In this document: in pieces, positions 1 to 9,398 of the stretch
Position numbering within the stretch: the stretch's first letter is position 1
How the letters are laid out: each line of letters starts with the position of its first letter
From: an uncultured archaeon
Lineage (GTDB): Archaea > Aenigmatarchaeota > Aenigmatarchaeia > Aenigmatarchaeales > Aenigmatarchaeaceae
Direction of reading: 5' to 3'
DNA: 64,000 nucleotides
Assembly (NCBI GenBank): GCA_964347265.1
Contig: CAYFXV010000001.1
Span: 14,397 to 78,396, forward strand
Program-made: the position numbers and the translations under genes
Notes under the pieces: model-generated
Seen by the model: the letters and a program-made list of their open reading frames with translations, nothing else
Told to the model about the DNA's origin: nothing
Databases searched by the model: none

Positions 1-1148
1 GTGTATACTTTACTTCTAATTCCTTTAACTTGTAAGGATAATTCATCTAATAATTTTAAAAATTTTTCAACATCAAAGAATCTTGGTAATGGGATTATTT
101 TGTCTCCATCTAAAAACAAATACGTAGCCATACCACAAGCTGCATTTGCTGTTAATTCATATCTTGGTCTTTCTGTTAAAGCTTCAAAGAAATGTGTTAT
201 TGGAGCAACTGTGGGAACTGGATACCAATCTTCTCTTCTAACAGCTCCATTTGTTTGTTCTTCTATTTTTTTAATAACATCAGGAATAGTTATTCTAAAC
301 TTTTCTCTATCTGCTTTCGTTATTCTTCCTACAAGAGAAACAGGTTGATAATTAACTCCACGAACGATATCAATGTTTTTTATTCCAAATCTTAAGATGT
401 TTCCAACATCATTATCATTAACAGTATTAATAATAGTTGGAACAAGAACTATTCCTACATGTGCTTTTCTACAATTTTCTATTATTTGGGGGATTTCCCA
501 ATGATTTTTGGGATTTGTTTGGGATGTTGTTCCATCATAACTCAAATATATTGTATTGATACCTGCTGCTTTTACTGCCCTAGCAAACTCTAAACTCTGA
601 GATAATCTAATTCCATTGGTATTCAATTGAACATGGTCATAATCTTCTTCTTTTGCAATTTTAATAATATCAATAATATCATCTCTTAACGTAGGTTCAC
701 CTCCAGTCAATTGCACAGCGTTTGTTTTAACAGGCTGTTCTTTCTTCATCGCTCTTAACATCATTCTTATTTGTTCTAAAGATGGTTCATAAACATAACC
801 CATTGCTTTTGCATAAAAGAAACAGTAAAAGCATTGTAAATCACAACGATTTGTAACAACAATATTTCCTAAGGCTGTGTGAGATTTATGCATTTTACAT
901 AAACCACAAGCTGTCGGACATATGGGGTTTTCAATATTAACATTAGGATTAGAAATACCCTTTCCATCGTGAGCAAAACTCATAGCTTTTAAATACATCT
1001 GGTAATCTCCCCAATATAAATCTTCAAACTCTCCATGCTCAAAACATTTTTTTCTTATCCAAACTTTATTATCTCTTTCGAAAATCTCTGCTGGAAGAAT
1101 TTTTAAACATTCGGGACAAAGGGATTTGGTATCTTTTATTTTGTTCAT
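1..1148 (-). CDS. Radical SAM protein. It has an N-terminal CPEC zinc-ribbon-like segment. The gene is partial: its C-terminus lies beyond the window start.
   Basis: Not in the ORF track because there is no stop codon inside the window. Manual reverse-complement translation from the ATG at 1148 gives MNKIKDTKSLCPECLKIL...NIVVTNRCDLQCFYCFF... with a CX3CX2C motif (CDLQCFYC), and the frame stays open to position 1. The track ORFs on the + strand at 1..348 and 192..395 overlap it and are likely spurious. Confidence 0.7.
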   Translation of the reverse strand, partial: MNKIKDTKSLCPECLKILPAEIFERDNKVWIRKKCFEHGEFEDLYWGDYQMYLKAMSFAHDGKGISNPNVNIENPICPTACGLCKMHKSHTALGNIVVTNRCDLQCFYCFFYAKAMGYVYEPSLEQIRMMLRAMKKEQPVKTNAVQLTGGEPTLRDDIIDIIKIAKEEDYDHVQLNTNGIRLSQSLEFARAVKAAGINTIYLSYDGTTSQTNPKNHWEIPQIIENCRKAHVGIVLVPTIINTVNDNDVGNILRFGIKNIDIVRGVNYQPVSLVGRITKADREKFRITIPDVIKKIEEQTNGAVRREDWYPVPTVAPITHFFEALTERPRYELTANAACGMATYLFLDGDKIIPLPRFFDVEKFLKLLDELSLQVKGIRSKVY

Positions 1149-1160
1149 GGTATCTAACTT

Positions 1161-1787
1161 TTGGAACTTTTTAAAAGTTATAAAAGTTTATATATTTCGA
1201 TTAATATAAAGTTAACTATGAGTTATATTTTTTATAGAACTTTGTCTTATGTCTTATCGGCACCCTTTATTGCACTATATGTCATAATTATATTTTCTTT
1301 TTTGTCACCAATCGGTTTAGGATACATAAATCCTTTTTCAAGTATATTGGTTGGATCAATTTTTCTAGTTTTAATTCCCATGGGTTCAGTATATTACTTT
1401 AATAAAAAAGATATAGAAGTTAATAAAAAAGAAGATAGAACAAAACTGTACTTAATTTCAATTGTTAGTTATTTGATGTCTTCTGCAATTTTTTGGCTTT
1501 TAAACTCTCATATCATGTTTGTAATATCCATGGCTTATGTTTTCGTATCGTCTGCAGTTTCTATAATAAATATTTTTTGGAAAATATCAGCACATTCAGC
1601 GGGGATTGCTGGACCAACAACTGCTTTGGTTCATGTATTTGGAACAAACTTAATACCTCTTTATATATTAACTCTTTTAGTTTTTTGGATAAGAATAAGA
1701 ATTAAAGCTCATAATATTTTACAACTCATAATAGGGGCAATAGTAGCTATTTTTATAACTTCATTGGTCTATACAATATTGTGGTAA
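1161..1787 (+). CDS. Polytopic membrane protein, possibly a PAP2-like phosphatase.
   Basis: 208 aa and highly hydrophobic with multiple predicted TM segments. It carries weak PAP2-like motifs (SAHSAG; R-x5-H-x3-Q). Confidence 0.4.
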   Translation: MELFKSYKSLYISINIKLTMSYIFYRTLSYVLSAPFIALYVIIIFSFLSPIGLGYINPFSSILVGSIFLVLIPMGSVYYFNKKDIEVNKKEDRTKLYLISIVSYLMSSAIFWLLNSHIMFVISMAYVFVSSAVSIINIFWKISAHSAGIAGPTTALVHVFGTNLIPLYILTLLVFWIRIRIKAHNILQLIIGAIVAIFITSLVYTILW

Positions 1788-1788
1788 T

Positions 1789-2265
1789 ATGAAAAAATTG
1801 AATGAAATCAAAAAAGATATTTATTCAAGTTTTGCGGACATAGCATCCTCAATAGGTTATTCTGAAATTCATGGAAGAATAATTGCTGCTCTATTGGTAT
1901 CTGATGGAAAGCTTTCTTTGCAAAATTTAGCAAAAGAGACTGAATATTCAATCTCAACACTATCATTAAGTTTAGATTTGTTAGAATTTTTAGGAATGAT
2001 TAAAAAAATTAAAAAAGCTGGAGATAGAAAACTTTATGTTGAACTTCAGGGTGATCTATTAGAAGGTCTAAAAAGAGCTTTTGTATTAAAGATTCAAAAA
2101 AATATAAACGACAGTTTGAATAGTTTTGAAAGATATAAAGAAATTTTAAAAGAATCAAAAGGTAATAAAAAGGAAAGAGTTATGAATGTATTAGGCACAT
2201 TGGAAGAAGAAATCAAAAAATTAGATAATTATATAAAACTTTTATCAAAAATAAAATTACCGTGA
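1789..2265 (+). CDS. Winged-helix transcriptional regulator (MarR/GbsR-like).
   Basis: 158 aa. The wHTH-like segment reads EIHGRIIAALLVSDGKLSLQNLAKETEYSISTLSLSLDLLEFLGMIKK, followed by a coiled C-terminal region. Confidence 0.5.
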   Translation: MKKLNEIKKDIYSSFADIASSIGYSEIHGRIIAALLVSDGKLSLQNLAKETEYSISTLSLSLDLLEFLGMIKKIKKAGDRKLYVELQGDLLEGLKRAFVLKIQKNINDSLNSFERYKEILKESKGNKKERVMNVLGTLEEEIKKLDNYIKLLSKIKLP

Positions 2266-2269
2266 TTAA

Positions 2270-2401
2270 ATGAAAATTGGTATATGTCAGTGCTGCGGTG
2301 GTGTAGCTACACAAACTTGTAAATTTTGTGGTGCTTTAGTTTGTATAAAATGCACTACCTCAAATGGTTGCAAAGTTTGTGAGGGAAGAAAAAAAATTTA
2401 G
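2270..2401 (+). CDS. Small Cys-rich zinc-ribbon protein (43 aa, four CxxC pairs).
   Basis: Manually found ORF, below the track's size cutoff: MKIGICQCCGGVATQTCKFCGALVCIKCTTSNGCKVCEGRKKI. It sits directly downstream of the wHTH gene on the same strand. Confidence 0.35.
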   Translation: MKIGICQCCGGVATQTCKFCGALVCIKCTTSNGCKVCEGRKKI

Positions 2402-2438
2402 TCTCATCTCGTTTCCGATTGACTTAAAATTTCTTACC

Positions 2439-2666
2439 TTATATAGATTGTAAGGCTTCTACTAAACTATCTTTTATTTCACTTTCAGCAGGAAATCCTA
2501 ACGCATTCTTGAATCTTTTTTGACCTGTTGGGGTGATGAATCCTTTTGAAATTGAAATGAATTCGTTCTCTCCTTCAGGTGTTTTAGCTACTTTTCTAGC
2601 TACTTCCAAGAATTTATTATTTCCGAACTTGATTTCCCTACTGTCTTTTGTTTCGAATTCTACCAT
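2439..2666 (-). CDS. Hypothetical small protein.
   Basis: 75-aa ORF with a clean start and stop. I recognise no motif. Confidence 0.35.
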   Translation of the reverse strand: MVEFETKDSREIKFGNNKFLEVARKVAKTPEGENEFISISKGFITPTGQKRFKNALGFPAESEIKDSLVEALQSI

Positions 2667-2721
2667 TTCTATACCTCCCTATTTTCTAAATTTAATAGCT
2701 GTTAACTATATTTAAATAGGT

Positions 2722-3075
2722 ATGATAAACTATTTAAATAGTCACCACAAAGTAATAAATATGCCATTTATACTGTTAAAACTAAAACAAAATGCTGAAG
2801 AGCCATATGCAATTCATGACTTGGAAAAGTTCGGGATATGGCTATTTAGAAAAAAGCATTTAATAGTGGGAAGCGTTCTTAGCAATAAAAACGACATAAC
2901 TTTAATTAGAACTAGTGAAACAAAGAGAAGAAAGTTTGGAGAAATAATAAAAACTAAAACTGGATGGTATTACAAGTTAGTAAACAAGAAAAAGAAGACA
3001 CTTGAGGGAACATTTAAAGACGGATTAAAAGTACCTATTTTTGACAATATTATAGAATTTAAAGAAAAGTTGTAA
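2722..3075 (+). CDS. Hypothetical basic protein.
   Basis: 117-aa Lys-rich ORF. An alternative start is the Met at 2761. No recognisable motif. Confidence 0.3.
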   Translation: MINYLNSHHKVINMPFILLKLKQNAEEPYAIHDLEKFGIWLFRKKHLIVGSVLSNKNDITLIRTSETKRRKFGEIIKTKTGWYYKLVNKKKKTLEGTFKDGLKVPIFDNIIEFKEKL

Positions 3076-3324
3076 TTAAATTACTGTTGAAGATTCAACC
3101 TCTACTTCAGAAATTCCATTTATAGATTTTATCTCAGTCTCTATACCTTCTATTCCTTTATCAGGAACTATAATTAATATTTTCAAGGCCTTTAAACCAA
3201 AAGCTAAAGGTTCTATTTTTGAATCTTTAATTTCTATTTTTTTAGCTATTTCCTCTTTCACTTTTTCTAAATCTGTATCAGTAGATTTGGGCATTATTTT
3301 TAATGAAACGGCAACATCTCCCAT
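3076..3324 (-). CDS. ef1b: Translation elongation factor aEF-1beta.
   Basis: 82 aa. The sequence MGDVAVSLKIMPKSTDTDLEKVKEEIAKKIE... closely matches archaeal EF-1beta (MGDVA.TLK.MPES.D.DLE.L...). Its length is typical. Confidence 0.85.
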   Translation of the reverse strand: MGDVAVSLKIMPKSTDTDLEKVKEEIAKKIEIKDSKIEPLAFGLKALKILIIVPDKGIEGIETEIKSINGISEVEVESSTVI

Positions 3325-3489
3325 TATGGACCCTCGAAATTACAAACATTACATTTATAAAGTCTTGAAAGTTTCTTACACTTTCTACAACGAATAATAG
3401 TTCCTTCTCCACAATTTGGACATTTAAATACAACAAATTCGTCCTGTCCTACAACATCTATTCCACAACTTGAACATATTAATTTCATT
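3325..3489 (-). CDS. Zn-ribbon RNA-binding protein (COG2888/DUF1610-like), the conserved partner of aEF-1beta.
   Basis: Manually found 54-aa ORF: MKLICSSCGIDVVGQDEFVVFKCPNCGEGTIIRCRKCKKLSRLYKCNVCNFEGP. It has four CxxC pairs and abuts the ef1b start, matching the conserved archaeal gene pair. Confidence 0.7.
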
Positions 3490-3543
3490 TTATTCACTTC
3501 AAGTTATATATATTTAAAACTTTCGATATTATTTATTGATTCA

Positions 3544-4695
3544 ATGCTCTATAAAAACCTTAATTTAAATCTTATTAAAATTCCTAAAGTTAGGGTTGCT
3601 ACTGGTCTTTATTCTCATTGGGACTCTATAGTTAAGATTGATGAAAATATTTTGAACTGGATTAAAAAGGCTTATAAAGAAGAACCAAAAGGTGTTATAC
3701 TTAATTCTTTAGAAGAGACAGTATTTACTATAAAAGAAGCCCTCGAAAATGAAGGTAAAGAATTTTTAATATCTGAAGATGTTTATAATAGATTAGATCA
3801 GTTTTTCTTAAAAAGAGAATTTAGAATTGGTGGTAATGGATATAACATGGGAAACATGTTATTTTTATCAGAAATTATTCCTGTTGTATCTTATCCTATA
3901 AGATCTAAAAAATTAATGGAAAATTCTCCTGAGTTTAAAATTGTTTTAAAGGGTGAATTAAAGAAACCAATAGAAACAATAAGGATAACAGATCAGGATT
4001 ATGATCACATAATTATTGAACTTGAAAATTCTAGACATATTTTGTCATGGGACCCAATGACATCTCGGGGAATTTTTGATTATGAATTTTTAAAATTTGC
4101 TTCTGATCCAAAAAATATAGATATATTGATTCTTGCATATGCCCATTTGTTATTGCCTGATTATAAAAAGAAAACAGATGCAATTATAGATTTCTTAAGT
4201 GAAAAAAGGCCAAGAACTCATCTAGAGTTTGGTCTAGGTTGCGAAGAGTCTATGAAATATGCTATGGAAAAATTCTCAGAAGATAAATGTTGTGAGTCTT
4301 GGGGATTAAATGAAATAGAATGCAAAGTTTACTTAAATGCAACATCTGAAAATAAAAATGATTTAATAGAGTCTGCTCTAAATGCTATTAAAGAATACAA
4401 TATAGATAGAGTCTGTGTTCATACACCTGAATTTGTTTTTTCTATTTCTAAATATGATATAATGAAGGAGTATAGAGCTCTAATAACTGCTTGTCTTTTT
4501 GCTGCAGCAAGAACTTTTGGTGATTTAAAATTAAAAATTGCTAAATCATTGCCAACAACATATGAACCTGTTAAAGAAAAAATAGAAGAATACAATTTTT
4601 GTTTAGTACCATGTTTAATAAATAAATTCCCTAGAGTTTTAACAGGAATTGGTGATGGTTTTGCTGCTATTCAAGCTGTTAAAGCTCTAAGCTGA
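3544..4695 (+). CDS. ADP-dependent sugar kinase (ADP-glucokinase/phosphofructokinase family).
   Basis: 383 aa. All three family motifs are present: RIGGNGYNMGNML (the GG...AN region), NEIE (NxxE), and the C-terminal GIGDGFAA (GXGD catalytic motif). Confidence 0.65.
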   Translation: MLYKNLNLNLIKIPKVRVATGLYSHWDSIVKIDENILNWIKKAYKEEPKGVILNSLEETVFTIKEALENEGKEFLISEDVYNRLDQFFLKREFRIGGNGYNMGNMLFLSEIIPVVSYPIRSKKLMENSPEFKIVLKGELKKPIETIRITDQDYDHIIIELENSRHILSWDPMTSRGIFDYEFLKFASDPKNIDILILAYAHLLLPDYKKKTDAIIDFLSEKRPRTHLEFGLGCEESMKYAMEKFSEDKCCESWGLNEIECKVYLNATSENKNDLIESALNAIKEYNIDRVCVHTPEFVFSISKYDIMKEYRALITACLFAAARTFGDLKLKIAKSLPTTYEPVKEKIEEYNFCLVPCLINKFPRVLTGIGDGFAAIQAVKALS

Positions 4696-4983
4696 TTTAG
4701 CAATTTTCTTAGCCAACCTGTTTAAAGAAGCTCTTAGAATGTCTCCTTTGATGTTTTTCTTCTTTATTCTTTTCATACTAGCAGCAAACTTTGGTCTATC
4801 CATTGTTCCTTTTAACCAAGCCTCAAAATCATTCCTATCATCTCTTAAATGAAACTCTAGGCTTTCTATAGGAACTGTCTTCAGGCATTCTGAAAATTCA
4901 GAAAGATTATGAGCAATCTTTCCTGTAAAGCCTGAAGTAGTACAAAACCAAAAAGCTTTATCATTTGATACATTTTTTCCCAT
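4687..4983 (-). CDS. Hypothetical protein.
   Basis: 98-aa ORF convergent with the kinase gene. Unknown family. Confidence 0.35.
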   Translation of the reverse strand: MGKNVSNDKAFWFCTTSGFTGKIAHNLSEFSECLKTVPIESLEFHLRDDRNDFEAWLKGTMDRPKFAASMKRIKKKNIKGDILRASLNRLAKKIAKSA

Positions 4984-5122
4984 TTTATCACCATTCTATG
5001 GATTTTTTAACATTTTTCATTATATGTTTAAATACAGTTTTTAATTAAAATTTAAATATGTAGTAAACCATATACATTACGTATAAACTATAAAGGATTC
5101 TAATATTTAAAGATGATGTAGA

Positions 5123-6268
5123 ATGAAGGTACTGATGCTTGGTTGGGAATTCCCACCAGCCAAAACTGGAGGCTTAGGTACCCATTGCTATGAACTTGTT
5201 AAAAATTTAAGTAAAAGAGGCGTTAGTGTTCTACTATTAATTCCAAAAAGAACAGGGAATAAAAAACATAATATACCAAATGTAGAAATAATAGAAGTAG
5301 GTTCTGTTGCCTTAAACCCTTATAATACAACAAAACCTGATGATAAATTTGAAAAAGGTTATGGATGGAACTTCTTTGAAGAAGTTAGAGCTTTTAACAA
5401 AAGATGCGTTGAAATAGCAAAAAACAAGAAATTCGATGTTGTTCATTGTCATGATTGGATGACAATAGATGCTGGAATTAAAATTAAAAAAACAACAGGA
5501 AAACCTCTAGTTTTCACTGTTCACTCAACAGAATATGATAGAACAGCTTATATCTATCCTATGAAATTTATAATTGATATTGAGAAAGGGGGGATTCAAA
5601 AAGCAGATTTGGTTATAACAGTTAGCAAAGGTATGAAAAAACAATTAATAGAGAAATATAATGCTGAAGAGAAAAAGATTATAGTAATATATAATGGAAT
5701 AAATCCCTCTAAATATTTTGGATTGATTAAGAAAGGTAATAAAGGAATTGTCCTTTTCTTAGGAAGGCTAACAAATCAAAAAGGACCTTATTTCTTTTTA
5801 CATACAGCAAAAAAGGTTTTAGAAAAAAGGAAAGATATCATGTTCATAGTTGCTGGTCAGGGAGAACAGATGCCAGAACTAATTAGAATTGCAATTGGAT
5901 TAGGTATTATGGATAATGTTGTTTTTACTGGTTATTTAACCGAAGAAGAGCTTTTACAAGCTTATTATATGGCTGATGTTTATGTTATGCCATCAGTAGC
6001 AGAACCATTTGGAATTACAGCATTAGAGGCAATTGCTTCAGGAACTCCTGTTATTGTTTCTAAAAATGCTGGTGTTGCAGAAAAAATATTGCATTGTTTT
6101 AAAGTGGATTTCTGGGACACCCATGAAATGGCTAATAAAATAATATGCTTATTGAAATACCCCGTTCTGGGAGAATGTATGAGAAAAAATTCTTATAAGG
6201 AGATAAGAAACTTTGGATGGGATAGAGTAGCTGAACAAACAATATCAGTTTATAGGAGAGCTATATGA
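5123..6268 (+). CDS. GT-B glycosyltransferase. It is probably a small archaeal (GT5/GT4-type) glycogen synthase.
   Basis: 381 aa. N-terminal MKVLMLGWEFPPAKTGGLGTH resembles the Pyrococcus glycogen synthase N-terminus. The C-terminal E-x7-E region is PSVAEPFGITALEAIASGTPVIV. Confidence 0.6.
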   Translation: MKVLMLGWEFPPAKTGGLGTHCYELVKNLSKRGVSVLLLIPKRTGNKKHNIPNVEIIEVGSVALNPYNTTKPDDKFEKGYGWNFFEEVRAFNKRCVEIAKNKKFDVVHCHDWMTIDAGIKIKKTTGKPLVFTVHSTEYDRTAYIYPMKFIIDIEKGGIQKADLVITVSKGMKKQLIEKYNAEEKKIIVIYNGINPSKYFGLIKKGNKGIVLFLGRLTNQKGPYFFLHTAKKVLEKRKDIMFIVAGQGEQMPELIRIAIGLGIMDNVVFTGYLTEEELLQAYYMADVYVMPSVAEPFGITALEAIASGTPVIVSKNAGVAEKILHCFKVDFWDTHEMANKIICLLKYPVLGECMRKNSYKEIRNFGWDRVAEQTISVYRRAI

Positions 6269-7440
6269 CATCGCTTTGTTTTTATTTTCAGGTTCACCAA
6301 CCAATGAGATTAAATAGATTTTCTATCTTTACTAAAGGTTCTCCTTATTTTGATGAAGAAAGAAACAAAGCGTATTTAAAAAAAGTTTCAAATAAATGTT
6401 ATTTACCAACTAACAAACTTCTTTTAGATCTAATAAATGAATATGAGAAAAAATTCAAAATTGCCTTTAGCTTAACTGGAGTTTTTGTAGAGCAATGTAA
6501 AAAATATGCACCTGAAGTTTTAGAATCTTTTAAAGAATTAACCAAGACTGGAAACGTTGAGTTTTTAAATGAAACTTATTATCATTCTTTAGCAGTCTTA
6601 TTTTCTGAAAAGGAATTTAAAGAACAAATAAAACTTCATAGGAAAATGATATTAGAATTGTTTAACCAAAAACCAAAAATTTTTAGAAATACTGAAGCAA
6701 TGTATTCAAACAGTATTGCCAAACTAATTGAAAAATTAGGATATAGAGGAATAATAACAGAAGGTCATGAAAGTATTCTAGGGTGGAGATCACCTAATTA
6801 CTTGTACTATCCAAATGGTTGTAAAAAAATTTCAGCCTTATTGAGGAACTATAAATTAAGTGATGATATTGGTTTTAGGTTTTCTGCTCGATGGTGGGAA
6901 GAATATCCACTGACTGCTGATAAATATTCGATATGGTTATCAAAATGTGAAGGTCATTGTATTAATGTATTCATTGATTATGAAACATTTGGAGAACATC
7001 AATGGGAAGATACAGGAATATTTAATTTCTTAAAATACTTACCATCTGAAATTTCTAAATATCCAAGTCTTGATTTTAAAACTCCATCTGAAATTATTAA
7101 ATCATATAAACCTGTTGGAGTCATAGATGTTCCACATACAATTTCTTGGGCAGATGTCCAAAGAGATCTTTCAGCCTGGCTTGAGAATGAAATGCAAAAA
7201 CTTGCTTTTGAACAAATGGCAAAACTTGAAGAACATGTTAAGAAAAACCCAGAATTGTTGCATACATGGAGATTACTTCAAACTTCTGATCATTTTTATT
7301 ATATGTGTACTAAGTGGTTTGCTGATGGTGATGTTCACAAATATTTTAATCCTTATAATTCTCCTTATGATGCATTTATTAACTTTATGAACATTTTACA
7401 AGACCTAAGAAGAAAGTTGGGTTTAAATGAAAGTAGATGA
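6265..7440 (+). CDS. GH57-family glycoside hydrolase (alpha-amylase, 4-alpha-glucanotransferase or branching-enzyme-like).
   Basis: 391 aa. N-terminal FYFQVHQPMR matches the GH57 region-I HQP signature. It overlaps the upstream GT gene by 4 nt, which suggests an operon. Confidence 0.5.
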   Translation: MTSLCFYFQVHQPMRLNRFSIFTKGSPYFDEERNKAYLKKVSNKCYLPTNKLLLDLINEYEKKFKIAFSLTGVFVEQCKKYAPEVLESFKELTKTGNVEFLNETYYHSLAVLFSEKEFKEQIKLHRKMILELFNQKPKIFRNTEAMYSNSIAKLIEKLGYRGIITEGHESILGWRSPNYLYYPNGCKKISALLRNYKLSDDIGFRFSARWWEEYPLTADKYSIWLSKCEGHCINVFIDYETFGEHQWEDTGIFNFLKYLPSEISKYPSLDFKTPSEIIKSYKPVGVIDVPHTISWADVQRDLSAWLENEMQKLAFEQMAKLEEHVKKNPELLHTWRLLQTSDHFYYMCTKWFADGDVHKYFNPYNSPYDAFINFMNILQDLRRKLGLNESR

Positions 7441-9373
7441 TCTAAAATGGGAATATCTACCAATAGAAAATCCTGATTGGGATTATGCTAGAAACCTCTT
7501 TACTGTTCTAAAAAGACCTCAAGCAACTTGGTCTCAATCTATTTTTTCTGTAAGACATAAAAACTTAATTGCACCTAACAGAGATTATAAATTTCAAGGA
7601 TTATATGTTTTTGTTAATAAGGAGTATTGGAAATTTTTAGATGCTATATTCTTTGGAATAAAAGAATTTCATATGGAACCTAAAAAAGTAATAATTTTTC
7701 CTTGGAAATCTGTTTATCAATATTTTGGAGATGGAATCGATGTTGATGTTTCTTATTATTTATCTAGAGATATGAGAGAAGGCATAACAGCAAAAATCAT
7801 ATTTGATATAAAGAACTCTTTTTTTAAAGAACTAATAATTAAACCTTTAGTTGATATTAGGAATATTTTTTCAGATTCAAAACCAGAAAAAATTAAAACT
7901 AAAGTTAATAACAACTCTTTGACTGCATCCTTTGGAAAAAATAAAATTTCTTTTTTTGTTAATGATAGTAGTATTTTAGCTGAAAAGGAGATTTTAAATT
8001 GGAAATATAAATTGGGAAGTGGATTTAGAGAAAATACTAGCAATGGTATAAGATTTGTTTCAGAATGGGCTAGGCCTGTATTCATTGGAGAAATTCACAA
8101 AAGATTATCTGGAGATGAAAAGATTTCTTTAATAATAAACTGTAATAGAAAAAATGATGATTTCGATGAAAATGAGGAAAAATTATATGTAAATCAAATA
8201 ACTAAGAAATTTAATTGTAAAAATGAATTGTTAGCAAGAATAATCTCATTGGATAGTTTTGGTATATTAGAAAAAAATATTTTAATACCAGAAGCCGGAG
8301 ATTTCTGGTTTAGACAAATATGGCTAAGGGATTTGTTAGAATCGTTAATTAATAATTTTCAAACTTTCATCAAATTAGATAACAAAAAAATAAATGAAAT
8401 AATAAAATGGATACTAAAACAACAAAATAGAAAAACTGGGAGATTCCCAAATTTCAAAAATAATTATAATTCTGTTGATACAAGTCTTTTATTCTTTATT
8501 TTAGCTGAAAAATACCTAAAACACTTCAATGATAAAACAATGGAAAAAAGAATTTTAGAAAGTTTTAATTTACTTTTTAAAAAATTTTCTGAAAATAAAA
8601 TAGAAAATAATGGGCCACCAGTAATTAAACATTATATGTTATACTCTATGCCATGGCATTCTTGGACAGACTCTAGAATTCCTTTCAGAGGAGATATGAT
8701 ATCTACAAGAATTCCACATGAATGGGTTAAAGAAGAGAATTTAGAAGAAATACTCAAACCATGTTTGTTACCTGAAATAAATGCAATGTTTATTAGAACT
8801 TTAAAAGTGGTGGAACTGTTAGGAAAAGATCTTGGAAATTTTTATAAAAAATCTTTAGAAAAATATAAAAAAATATTTCAAAATAATGATTTTCTATATT
8901 CTATAATTATTAACGATAAAAAAGATGCTACAGAAACTTCAATGGCATTGAATTCTGCTGTTTTGTTATATAATCATGTTTTTAATAAAAAAGATTTGGA
9001 AAAAATGTGGCCATCTGTTCAGAAATTATTAGTTAAAAGAAGTGGAAAATTGTTTGGTATTCTTTGTAGAAATATAAAAGATAGAATATATTACAACGAT
9101 TACCAATATCATGGAGCAGTTGTTTGGCCAAGAGACACTCCTTATCTCATTAGATACCTGAAAACAATTGGAAAAAATGATTTAGTAAAAGAAATTCTGG
9201 AAAGTAATTTAGAACATCAGATGAATGAATCTGGAATATTTTATTGTAATGAGTTATTTTCACTTCCTGAAGGAAAGAATCCATCCCCAACTAAAAGTGA
9301 TGGTAATCCTGTCCCAGTTAAGAACCCTATCCAATTATGGTCACATTTTTGTGATGATTATTTAAGAAGCTAA
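7427..9373 (+). CDS. Amylo-alpha-1,6-glucosidase / glycogen-debranching-enzyme-like six-hairpin glycosidase (GDE_C or GH15-like).
   Basis: 648 aa. It contains FWFRQIWLRDLLESL (a W.RD-type motif), and its size and operon context with glycogen enzymes fit. Confidence 0.45.
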   Translation: MKVDDLKWEYLPIENPDWDYARNLFTVLKRPQATWSQSIFSVRHKNLIAPNRDYKFQGLYVFVNKEYWKFLDAIFFGIKEFHMEPKKVIIFPWKSVYQYFGDGIDVDVSYYLSRDMREGITAKIIFDIKNSFFKELIIKPLVDIRNIFSDSKPEKIKTKVNNNSLTASFGKNKISFFVNDSSILAEKEILNWKYKLGSGFRENTSNGIRFVSEWARPVFIGEIHKRLSGDEKISLIINCNRKNDDFDENEEKLYVNQITKKFNCKNELLARIISLDSFGILEKNILIPEAGDFWFRQIWLRDLLESLINNFQTFIKLDNKKINEIIKWILKQQNRKTGRFPNFKNNYNSVDTSLLFFILAEKYLKHFNDKTMEKRILESFNLLFKKFSENKIENNGPPVIKHYMLYSMPWHSWTDSRIPFRGDMISTRIPHEWVKEENLEEILKPCLLPEINAMFIRTLKVVELLGKDLGNFYKKSLEKYKKIFQNNDFLYSIIINDKKDATETSMALNSAVLLYNHVFNKKDLEKMWPSVQKLLVKRSGKLFGILCRNIKDRIYYNDYQYHGAVVWPRDTPYLIRYLKTIGKNDLVKEILESNLEHQMNESGIFYCNELFSLPEGKNPSPTKSDGNPVPVKNPIQLWSHFCDDYLRS

Positions 9374-9398
9374 CTAATTAATGATATGAGGTATTGTT

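Noticed and set aside
1-395. Track ORFs 1..348 (+) and 192..395 (+) at the window start.
   Set aside because: They lie antisense within a long, well-supported radical SAM reading frame on the minus strand (1..1148). Their low-complexity sequences have no motifs. They were treated as spurious.
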